Shown here piece by piece: positions 11,727 through 23,200 of a DNA stretch of 64,000 nt. How positions within the stretch are numbered: the stretch's first letter is position 1; each line of letters opens with the position of its first letter. Below the pieces are notes generated by a model. The model worked only from the letters and a program-made list of their open reading frames with translations. It made no database searches and was not told the origin of the DNA. The translations under genes and the position numbers were made by a program. The stretch is from Phallusia mammillata (Eukaryota): positions 14,136,001 to 14,200,000 of the forward strand of contig OZ281495.1 of assembly GCA_965637545.1 (NCBI GenBank). Reading direction: 5' to 3'.

Positions 11727-14700
11727 ATGAAAAGAGGTTTAGTCTTTACACTGATTATAAGTTTCGTGGCAATATGTTCGAGTGAGAAGAAAATTACATT
11801 AGGTGGAATCTCAGGACCAAAAACCGAGCATGAAATGATTTTGGAAAGTTTTTTGTACAAGACAAAACCAGAGTTAAACGACAAAGATCTGGCGAAAGAT
11901 CGTTTGCTGAAAATAAGAAGTTTTTTAAACAAGGTCGAAACGCCGGAAAGAGATGTTGACAGCTTTCTCGCGTCGCTGAAACGGTAGGTAAACGTATACT
12001 GATAAGCTATGAAACTTAATTTTAGATTCGGTCTTAGATTAGCCTTCAAAAAGTGCTACAGAATCGAAAGCACAGTCTGCTGATTTGTCACATATAGGCT
12101 CGTATGCTTTCAATATTGAAAATCACAGCAAAGTGTAATTGGTCGTAAGCATTGTACTAAAACGAGAGGATTGTTCACAGAGCCACTGGTTTAGCACAAT
12201 CAAAAGCAACAAGAAAATCAGAAAGGGCAACAGATAATCTCAATCAATGCATGCAAGCAATTAACCGTGTCATTGAGGATGCACAAAATCTGCAACTCTA
12301 TGCTTTAAAAAGTAAGTTAAGGGTTTGATGTCACTTTGCTTGAGATGAAACAATAAACAAAATATATTATTTAGCATAAAACTGTAAAACCTTATGTCTT
12401 GTTTACCTTTTAAACCCTACGATTGATTTGTGGTGTTCAGTTGTTTTTGTCAACTTCATGCTACCATATCTGCGAAATTTCGGAATCATCTCACCTCTTT
12501 GGTTCAGTATCTATATTTGTATTCAATTTTAAATCTCGACATATCTTCTACATTAACATATATGTTACCTTCATCACCTTCGGTATACCTTCATGCACTG
12601 TCCCAATTTCCTAAAAAAACATGAAATCTGGTGCTTATTCCCATCAATAGAATGCGTAGTAATAAAGTAATGACATCAGTCTACAATCAGACTCCACATG
12701 CAACTTCACACAACTAACAGCAAATTTACAGTGTAAGCATTACAATACGAACTAACAACGTTACGCTCACGCTTTTTGCACTTATAATCGGGGCGAAACG
12801 TGCCAAAGGCAAGCAACCCTCAGGTTGTAGCAAAACCTGCAGTGGAACAGACTTGCTGCGATCCTGATAACGTTTCTAAAGTATGAGATATGTCACGTGG
12901 TTATCGACCTACGTGACTTTAATGATTTCAAAAGTTCCCCTTATCTGATGTGAAACAAGTTTAAGTGAATATTTAAAGTTTGTAACCTTTGGTTTTGGAT
13001 ACAAATAAATTTGGTTTCTCAACTTTTTAGTGTTTGATTCTTGGGCGGTGCCTGAAAGTGGAATCTTGGAGGGCAATGTGCGATGGACGGGACATTTTAA
13101 AGAATGTCGAACAGCTAGAAACCAAACAATCACGGGTAGATGGTGCATCAGCTATTTTGGCTTTAGATACGAGGTTAGCCTGTGCTCAATGTTACCTGAT
13201 AGATCAAATTATGTAAAATTTTACACTTGATAAATGAAGTATAGTGTACAGTCTGACCGCAATTTTCTTCCCGACCTAATTCCGAAACATCACAAAGCAG
13301 TTTTAAAGACATCCCTTGATTTTTTAGCCGATACCACCAACTTATCCCATCGACATCACTTTAGCCTCCTGTTTTCCTGACGTTTGCTCGGAGGAATCAA
13401 TCCAAACCATTCTTGAACAGTTTTACAACGAATCTCCTTTTCTTCAGCACGTAATGTGTCCACCAACAAAACGAGAGCCGCTTACGGACGCTTCCATAAC
13501 TGCCATGTAGGTGATAGTGCTCGCTGGTGTTAGTTTACTAAATACCACGACACTTTCGGTGCTTTTAATAACATACAGATTTTAACCGCAAAGGTAACAA
13601 CCGTTTAAAAACTTGTTGTGTGTTTAATTAATACCTACCCCAAATAGAACTATCATAATAAACGTGTATGATATTGATTTTAGTAATTGTAATCTAATTC
13701 TTAACAGAGCTATTGCGGCGTTGTTTCTGTACCTAGTCGCGATGGGAACTGCTATCGATGTTACACTGAGAGCAAAAAATAAATCCAATTCGGAAACCAA
13801 ATCACAAAAACCTGCATCAATCGGAGGTCAATTGAGAATTAAGTTGTTTCAAAAACAGGTGTTTTATATGTGCCAAAATAAAGATAAAGTAGGTTTACTA
13901 TTTTAGTGCAAATGATGTTATGCTTCTCGGCTGTTTCAAACGGGGAAAAGATTTTCGATATGACGAAGCATCCGGGAACAATACCGGTGTTGGATGGAAT
14001 TCGAGTCTTCAGTATGACTTGGGTGGTTCTGGGACACGCATACAACGGTGCACTATACGGTCTCGGTGAGTGCAGTACATTTCTGTTTGGGTTAGGTATA
14101 TTCCCGCCCCACATTTTTGATTAGGTATGTTATAATCACAAACCCGTGATCAAAAGAATGTTTAAAACAAGAACTATTTTTGAAATTCTTTTGTCAAGTA
14201 TTTTTTGCACCGCAAATAAACAATGGGAATTTGAAATTTGCAATAATAGGTCAAATACTTAATCACGCTATCTATAGAGTTTTGTAAACGTTTAAATCGT
14301 TTAGAACAGTGATCGGCAACATTTTTCTGCACTGCGGGGCGGTTTGAAACTGAAATTTTTATTACGGATCGGCCTTTGAAAACCACAAATGTTCAGCACT
14401 GAAAACTAATTACAGTTATTACAACTTTGAACCTGCAGAAAGTTTTCTGCGCCTGGGTAACGAACCCCTGGCGGACCCGGTGGTTGCCGACCACTGGTTT
14501 AGAAATTCCAAGAAAAAGAACCACTGATTTGTTTAGAGAATGCTACGGAAGTTGGAAGGCTTATCAAAAGCAATGCAACAATGATGTCAGTCATAGGTGG
14601 GGTTTTTGCTGTTGATACTTTCTTTTTCCTCAGCGGTCTATTGGTTGCTTACCTCGGAATAAAACACCTAAATAAGACAAATGGGCGCATCAACGTACCG

Positions 14701-17700
14701 CTAATGTATTTGCAACGTTATCTCAGGTGAGAAATAATAATACTTTACTAGAAAAAAAAACATTTATTAAAGTATTAAGAACTAAATTTATTTCCTGAAA
14801 CAGATTGACTCCTGCTTATGCCTTTGCCATTCTCTTTTGTATGAGTTTGTATCGTTATTGTGGCTCCGGTCCATACTGGACAGAAGTGGCCGATTCATTT
14901 CGAGAACAATGTATCAACATTTGGTGGACAAACCTGCTCTACATTAACAACTTTTACCCAGCTATTAACTACGTAAGTATATCAATATCTTACCTAATTT
15001 TACCTCACTGTGCTATGAAACAGAATCCAACGCTATATGTGCTGATGCTTTAGCAACAACTGTATATTGGTTAATATAAAATGTGATGGTTTGGTTTATA
15101 ATATGGAAAACAATAGCAAATGTTCAAGAATTAAAAAAATGCTATTAACATATTTCTGCTGAGGTTATTGATAAGTGTCCATTTAACTACTTTACATATA
15201 CTATTTAAATGTTACATTTCTCAATTTAGCCGTGTTTCAAGTTTTATATTATATTGTTGTTGCAGTGTTTTCCCGTGGCATGGTACCTGGCAAATGACAT
15301 GCAGTTTTACATTCTGTCACCGATTTTTCTCTATGCATTCTACAGGTAATGCACAGGATCCTGCGACTAATTTGGCCTTTAAAAGGTTGTTGCTCGTAAT
15401 TTGGCCTATAAAAGGATGTTGCCCGCAAATAAGTTTTTGTCTGCGGTCTCAATCAATCATTCAATTTTATTTTGTTTACAGCACCCATAAATGTGCATAA
15501 TAATTCACAGAAAGAAAACAAGTCAAAGCGTTGCAAACAAAACGTTGATTTAATTTGCTTATTGCATAATGGTCAATAAGTGATAAATGATTTACACACC
15601 TGGCTTAAAGAAACGTCAAAAACTTAAATGATCTTTAAACAAAAAACTTATTGGCGACAAATACTATAACAGGTCAAAGATAGCAGGCAGTTTACTGATT
15701 GGATTTATCTGCTTTGGTTCCATGTTGACAAGTGGACTTCTCACCTACTTTAGCGAACTTCAACCGATTGCGGTCCTGTTTTCCCTCCAGGCATCTGTGT
15801 AAGTTTACTGTATACCCTATAACGTGACAATTAAGTATTTTGACCGCCGGGATATGATCATCTAACTCGGTATCACTTAATACAAAGTTTGTTACACATT
15901 TATAAATCGACGAAGTTTGCTTAAAATTAGTGATGCACCGAAGTTTCGGTTGGCCGAAACATTTCGGCCGAATACGCTGTTTTCCGATGTTTCGGTTTCG
16001 GCCCGAACTGTTTTGAAAATTCGGCCGAAACCGAACTTTTTGATTGTATGGAATTAATGCCCAAACTATCATTTTCACCAATACAAAACTTCATAATTAA
16101 ACTATTTGTTGTATCTATAAAATGCGAGCCACGTTGTCTGCAATATATTGCAAGTTTAGTAAAGCTTCCGCATTGTGGAAGCGATTTCGATTTGTCATAA
16201 TTGAGTTTACTCGCATCAACGACACAAGGTTCAGTTGAAAACATCCATAAGAACAAGATTTTAGGTTCGACCTCATTCGGCCGAAATTATTCGGCCTCGT
16301 GGCCGAATATTCGGTTTCGGCTCGAACCATTTTAGGTGGGTTCGGTGCATCACTACTTAAAATGACAGAATAAAACACATACATTGATCGTTTAGAAGTG
16401 TTTATCACATACTGACAATTATGTTTTTAACAATATATGGGTGTATTAAATCTCCACCGGGTCCAACACGTTGGGCTAAAAAATAAACACCTAAATTGCT
16501 TTACAGATTCTTTCGCTTCTTTATCAACACGAGTGTTCCAATGGAGTTATCCTACGCGGATAAATTTCAAACAGACACCTACACCACACCATGGTGTCGC
16601 ATTTCCGTCTACATGATTGGAATGGCGACAGGTCTTCTTATCTATGAGAAAAAGAGAAAGATCAAAATGCATTGGGTATGTAGCCCTCCCCTGATAAATC
16701 CCATACGACCGGGTAAAAGCTTATTAAACCAAACCTGTGGTCGGATTTAAACCTGCGACAGAATATCTGTGTGGGTTCAAATGCAACTACTGGCAAGTGA
16801 CACAAACCAACAAACAAATAGCAATCATGAGATGTTTACAGGCGGTCGCTTTGCTAGGTTGGATTGCGGCTGTGGGAACTGCGTGTGCAATTTTATACGG
16901 TTTGTTTCCACAAGTCCGTGATGTGTCTCTTTTAAGCCGCGACCTCTCAACCTTCTATGAAACGTTTGCAAGACCCATGTGGGCGCTCTGTGTGGCGTGG
17001 CTTACAGTAGCTTGCATAAGTGGATACGGTGGTAAGTAGTTACGGTGCTAAATCTGCTGGTTTATTTAAATGCAAACTGAAAAAAATGTTAAAACACTAT
17101 ACACAGATCGGATGGATCGTGCCTGCTACAACATATTCATAAAAAAGATAAAAATACACAGTTTTTTCTATGTTAGTTCTGATCCGTTAAAATACACAGA
17201 ACTGTATAAATATGTTTTACGATTACAGACTTCGTTTTTAACCTAATCAATGTCAACATTCCATGCTTCTTGCTGCTATTGCAATGACTTACATATCGGT
17301 TAATTTTGTTTTTAAATAATATGTGTTGTTTGATCAGGACCAATAACAACATTCCTTGATTGGTCGGCTTTTAAACCACTCAGTCGCCTCACATATTCGG
17401 TTTTTCTGATTCACTTTCTTGTACTCACGGGATACTTAACAGTTCAAGAAAGACCTTTTCATCTCTCTCACGTCAATGTCGTTTTTTACTACCTAAGTAA
17501 GATATTTTTGTATATTATAAGCATATTTCTTTGCTAAACGTGATAACTACATACAGTTTAAAAACCCAAAATCAAACTGTTGGGCTTTTCGTTTTCAATC
17601 TAATGCATATACATTTTAGGTTCTCTGGCTATTTCCTTTGGTTGTGGTTTTGTGTTGTCAATCTGTATTGAATGGCCGATAATGGGTTTGATGAAACTGG

Positions 17701-17903
17701 CCTTTCCAGGCGCAAAACCGAAACCCGTAAAACAGACGAGCAATGTCTACTCACAGCAGGAAGAAAAAACGGCCATGCAAACTGACGTGGAAAAAAGCAA
17801 AGCAGAGGTTGTGGTTAATGGAAACGGTATTAAAACACATGAAGTCCATGATAACAGCGGATTTGAAGCTGAAAAACAAACCATGCAACATACAGCACTT
17901 TAA
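11727..17903 (+). CDS. nrf-6: NRF-6-like acyltransferase-3 gene, paralog C (14 exons, appears intact)
   Basis: Exons about 11727-11983, 12181-12311, 13031-13173, 13328-13506, 13708-13826, 13907-14065, 14537-14726, 14804-14972, 15266-15345, 15673-15798, 16507-16675, 16842-17031, 17338-17496, 17620-17903. Same motifs and intron phases as B. Confidence 0.93.
14307..14496. mobile_element. hAT-type MITE (190 bp) in intron 6 of paralog C
   Basis: TIRs cagtgatcggcaac / gttgccgaccactg (1 mismatch); perfect 8-bp TSD gtttagaa on both sides. Confidence 0.85.
15928..16355. mobile_element. hAT-type MITE (428 bp, TAG-ended) in intron 10 of paralog C
   Basis: Perfect 15-bp TIR tagtgatgcaccgaa / ttcggtgcatcacta; perfect 8-bp TSD cttaaaat; clustered subterminal (t)tcggccgaa motifs at both ends. 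Confidence 0.9.
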
Positions 17904-18526
17904 ATTTCAACATTTATCTTTATTTGTCATTTAATAATTTATGTTAATTTCGACCATGTGAAATTCGTTTCCTCAAATATGTCTTGCTGTCTTACCAAAT
18001 AGTAACTATCGACACACTTTTACCCGGTGTTATAAATTTTAAACTCATATTGTTTATTTATGGGCCGAAATTTTTTTAGGGGTAAAAATTCAAGCGATCC
18101 AAAAGGTTTTGATCGATTTAGTATACCTGCAACTAAAAAATCCCCTCTGCTTTCTACCAGCTTAAAGTGCTTACATATTTTTCATTGAAAAGCGTTTGTG
18201 AATAAAGAACCGGTTAACGGAAATTGTTATTAGCCACTAGTCCTGAAGTTAACACACATCACATGATTTAATCATTAAAACGTTTATTTATCAAACTTGG
18301 TTGCTTGTCCGCAATTAAATTGTGTAAAATGAACAAAAAAGCAACCGCGAACACCAACAGAAAAACAATCAATAAAACACATATACAAGTATATAGGTTT
18401 GGTGGTAACACAAGACTAGCTGGGAAGAACACATAACATTGCAAAAGCCCTAATATCTTAATGCACCTGTTTTACAATCAAATATTAAGGGAATAAACTA
18501 AGTTACAACTGATTTAGCTCGTTGTT

Positions 18527-19360
18527 CTTCCATAATCAGAGCTTTTCTCGTAAAGGGCAACTCCTTAGAAACCTTAGCGTCTTTCAGCATCTAACGAACT
18601 TCAACATAAGTTGACAATTGTCATTTGAGCCACTTCGGCCCTAAAGAAGTTGTTTCCTGGCTCAAACAAGCGAAACGGCTCTCTAAGTCGCTAGGGTGCA
18701 GCACATGGTTAGCAAAGTTGCCAATTAGTTGACAATGTTTTCAAAGTAAATGACGGGAAACTCCCATCAGCCTTATCAACCGTAGCGGCTATCTACGCTT
18801 TGTTTATCTGCAAGCAGCAGTTGCGAACTAGTCACGCGTGACACTAGCATAAGGTAAGGTGACGTTGTAAAAAAACTATTTCAGTAAAACTATTTCATTT
18901 CAGTAAACGCCGTATACGGCGTGAGTCACCATTGAAATAAACAGCCAAATTTGCCTTGATTGTTTGCTGGTAGGCCAAATAGCAACTGAGAATAATATTT
19001 CTACTGCATGTAAAATGCAAAGCAAATATTAATCCAGGAAGACCCTAAACAAGCCAAATCACGAATGTGATTCTTTGAAACACGAATTTTAAAAAAAAAA
19101 CTGACATGTCATGAAAGAAAATTCACAATTAGGGAAAGAATTTGATCTAGACAAGGAACAAAACAGGGTTGCAGGAAAAAGTTTTGTGGTAGAGAGCCAG
19201 TATGGTAACTTTCGGAAATGGATATATTTAAGATAAACGAGCAAAGCACGATAGGGATTTCGTTTCACCACCACAACTCGTGATTCAGCCGGGTGGGAGC
19301 TCCCAAAATGATGACTTTAAATGAATTCACCCCTTGCACTGGGCATCTCACCAAGTAAAC
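18527..19360 (-). pseudogene. Inverted relic of a WSCD-like sulfotransferase gene (last two exons)
   Basis: Reverse complement of 19360-~19170 aligns to exon 34784-34984 (GLLGEM.SARGEFI*...[12 protein letters not shown]) with intact acceptor, TAA at 19319-19317 and a later frameshift. Reverse complement of 18720-18527 aligns to 35635-35870 (ccctagcgacttagagagccg) with a 40-nt deletion and an in-frame TAG. Confidence 0.88.
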
Positions 19361-19659
19361 CTGTCAGAACAAAAAGTTGGTATAAAAGAGTCAATCTATG
19401 TAGGGATTAAATATCTGAGTGAACCAAATTCCAGGCAATTTTAATAATAACTTTCTCCTAACTAACTTAATGCCATATTGCGTTTTATAGCACCGTGTAT
19501 CAAAAACCACACACACAAACATCCTTGTACACCGAAATAAGGAAGAAACCAAGCAGTCGGTTTTCAACATTAACGTCGTGAGATATTTGCCCCCTTGCTT
19601 GAATCACCCTAGCAAGGCAATTTTGGCCACTTTAAGAACTTATACTAAGATACCAAATT

Positions 19660-19700
19660 TTGGACATGTCCGGAAAATTCCGGACGTGTGGCAATCCTAA
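19660..19700. mobile_element. Possible orphan end of a DNA transposon
   Basis: ggacatgtccggaaaattccggacgtgtggcaatccta resembles a ggcaacccta-type hAT terminus with subterminal ccgga repeats; no matching other end or TSD found. Confidence 0.3.
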
Positions 19701-20295
19701 TGTATGATATTATATAATCCTGAAAATCCGTAACGATTTATCTTAACTATATATTCACCGTATTATGTTGATAATATATGTAGGAGAGAAAATAAGAATT
19801 AAAACATTTATCTGTATGTGTGGAGTTTAAACACACCTGACCACAAATTCAGAAATAACGAATTTAAAAAAATTCGTAATGAGTTTTCTTAATTTTCTAG
19901 TAAAACCAAACAAGGATCTGCGGCAGAAGCGTAGGCCCATAAACTCGGTGGTAAGTCTATGAAAAGTCGAATCACAATCACCGTTGCCTGTCTAGAAAGC
20001 TGCACATATATCCCGGGCGTTTAATTTCATTCTCTTTAATAAAGCAAAACGTTAAAATTACATCAACTTAAAGTTTGGGTTGGTAACCTGTTAATTGGTT
20101 TTACGTCATAAAGATATCGCCTATTTTTACCTCCTTTGGTAGATCCAGTGTCTCTGAGTGGCGTTGGAGACTAAACTTCAGCCAAAGTATTTTTAATTTG
20201 TTCTTTCTATACAGACTTAAAATGTTCCAACCTCGAGCACCGGTTTACTGCAACCCATCGGGTTTATAAAGTCATCAAACCTTAAAACTAATATT

Positions 20296-23200
20296 TGTTG
20301 TTTGCCGTGCAATCGTACAGTGAAAACTGAAAGGGCGTCAATATGCATTGTTCAATACTGGTAAAATGAATCAAACGAGTCAAATAAGAAAGAAAAGAGT
20401 ATTATCATCTGACATCTTGCGAATCGCAATAAGTTGGTTGGAAAAATAAACGAAAAAAAGCTCTGGAATACCATCTTACTTTCTTACGTGACATGTTTTC
20501 CTAGAAAGGAAAACAACCCAATAAATGCATTTTTAGCCACTTGTGAATCAAATTTAAAATGTTGGTTAGTTACCATATCTTCAAAAGTTATATGAGTATA
20601 TTTTTGTAAACAAACTAGTTTTTTGCTCCTTAGCCGGTTAATGTCAGTCAGCACAAGTTATATGTAGGCCAAATATAAATTGTTCTAAATCATGAGGAGA
20701 TCATCTTTAATCTTGGCGCTGCTCATGTGTTTTGTTGCAATATGTTTGGGTGAGAAGAAGATCACGCTAGGTGGAATGTCAGCACCAAAAACTGGGCGGG
20801 AAATGATTTTAGAACATTTTCTGCACAAGACAAAACCAGAGTTGAACTACGATGATTTGTCAAAAGAACGTTTTCTGAAAGTAAGAAGTTTCTTGAAGAA
20901 CACGGAATCGCCTGGAAAGGATATAGACAGCTTTCTCGCAACGCTTAAACGGTAAACACACTCGCATGACCATGCTTTACATTGTCACTTGGTAAACACA
21001 GTTTGTGATTAACATTGCACGTAAAGTGAAATAAGAGGTAATGTTTCATCAAATGTAATATAAAAAGAACGCATCTCGTCCATCTGGAAGTAGGATAGGA
21101 TGAAAATATTTTCATGTAAACTTTAACTTGTAATTAGGCTATAAACCAGCAGTTCACACCACAGAGGTGAAAAGGTTATCCTTGTTAATGTGTCATTGAA
21201 CCAGAAGATTTGTTTGGATAAGAATAGTTCACAGGGCCACGAGAGACGTCCAATCCAACGCCAAGAGAAATGGAGAAAGAGTTACAGAAAACCTCAACCA
21301 ATGCATGCAAACAATGGACCGGATTATTGAGGATGCAAAACGTTTGAAACTTTATGCTTCAAAGAGTAAGTTTTAAATTGTCAAAACCAGTGGAAATTAA
21401 GGCACTGTTTCTTTTCAGTGTTTGATTCTTGGGCGGTGCCTGAAAGTGGAATCTTGGAGGGCAATGTGCGATGGACTGGACATTTTAAAGAATGTCGAAC
21501 AGCTAGAAACCAAACAATCCAGGGTAGATGGTGCATCAGCTATTTCGGCTTCAGATACGAGGTATACTTAAGATTCAATTAAAAAAGTGAATAAGGCTCA
21601 TATTGCACGCTTTCAGCCGATGCCACAAGGTTATCCAATCGACATCACTTTAGCCTCCTGTTTTCCTGACATTTGCTCGGAGGAATCAATCCAAATAATT
21701 CTTGAGCAGTTTTACAACGAATCTCCTTTTCTTCAGCACGTAATGTGTCCACCAACTAAACAGGAGCCGCTTACGGCAGCTTCCATAACTGGCATGTAAG
21801 TCGATGTTGATGCCGATTTTATTCTGTAGAATAAGGGCGTTTGTTTTCAACTTTTTTGACTTGTAGAGTAAGTGACTGTGCAAACTGACATGGATTTTTT
21901 TTAATCTGCCTTGAACGGCTTTACTATTTCCGACAATATTTTCTCGTTATGTCGAAAATGCGCAATTAAATAGCAAGTTTGTTTTTTTCTAGCCGAGTTG
22001 CCAATCATCGGCTTTCAATTGAACGTTATGCAACTTAACACTGCTCGTGCAACTTTTACAGAGCTTTTGCGGCGTTCATTCTGTACTTAGTCGCGATGGG
22101 CACCGCCATTGATGTTACTTTAAGAGTTAAAAAGAAACCCAATTCTGAAGACACGAAGCAAAAGCCAAAAGCAATCGGAGGTTTATGACATTTAACTTCA
22201 GTTACATCGTTTGTCTAACATTAAAAGTAAATAAAACAGATAGCAACCTGATCGTAACATACTGCAACACATAACTGTTCAATAAACATGCATTCGAATT
22301 TCGAATAACATTAATAAATGTGTACTTATTTCAGTGCAAATCATACTATGCTTCTCAGCTGTTTCAAACGGCGAAAAAATTCTCGACATGACGAAGCGTC
22401 CAGGAACAATCCCATCGCTGGATGGCATTCGGGTCTTCAGTATGACCTGGGTAGCCTTGGGACACGCATACTCAGTTGCACTTTTTGCTCTTGGTGAGTG
22501 CGTTTTATGTTGCAGTTAAGCTTCTATTCAACTTTGTGTCTTGGATACCCAAAGCAAACTGGTTCAATACAAAAAAGGCTTTGTACAACAAAACAATAAA
22601 CTCGCCAGTTATTTAGACAACGCATCGGAAGTTGGAAGGCTTGTTAAAAGCAATGCAGCAATGATGGCAGTTATAGGTGCCATTTACGCTGTCGACACTT
22701 TCTTTTTCCTCAGCGGTCTACTGGTTGCTTACCTCGGAATAAAACACCTGAATAAGACGAAAGGGCGCATCAATATACCGCTTATGTACTTGCAACGTTA
22801 TCTCAGGTTGGCTCAGTTGCTATATTTGCTCAAAAGAAAAATATTTATGCAGTCAGTTGTAAGTTATTCTTGCACGACGTCGAAACGTCGGAATAAAAAA
22901 TACTTTTGCCAGAAGAACTCTGTTGTTTGCCGTGCAATCGTACAGTGAAAACTGAAAGGGCGTCAATATGCATTGTTCAATACTGGTAAAATGAATCAAA
23001 CGAGTCAAATAAGAAAGAAAAGAGTATTATCATCTGACATCTTGCGAATCGCAATAAGTTGGTTGGAAAAATAAACGAAAAAAAGCTCTGGAATACCATC
23101 TTACTTTCTTACGTGACATGTTTTCCTAGAAAGGAAAACAACCCAATAAATGCATTTTTAGCCACTTGTGAATCAAATTTAAAATGTTGGTTAGTTACCA

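Noticed and set aside
11627-12049. Antisense ORFs over exons (also 44333-44668, 55267-55608, 48935-49120)
   Set aside because: Shadows of sense-strand coding sequence; no independent motifs or splice pattern.
15370-15430. Two ~29-bp copies of taatttggcct.taaaagg.tgttgc
   Set aside because: Only two units, probably a small transposon remnant; not CRISPR-like.
15692-16408. ORFs of 97-129 aa overlapping the TAG-ended MITE
   Set aside because: No transposase motifs; they arise from the element's composition.
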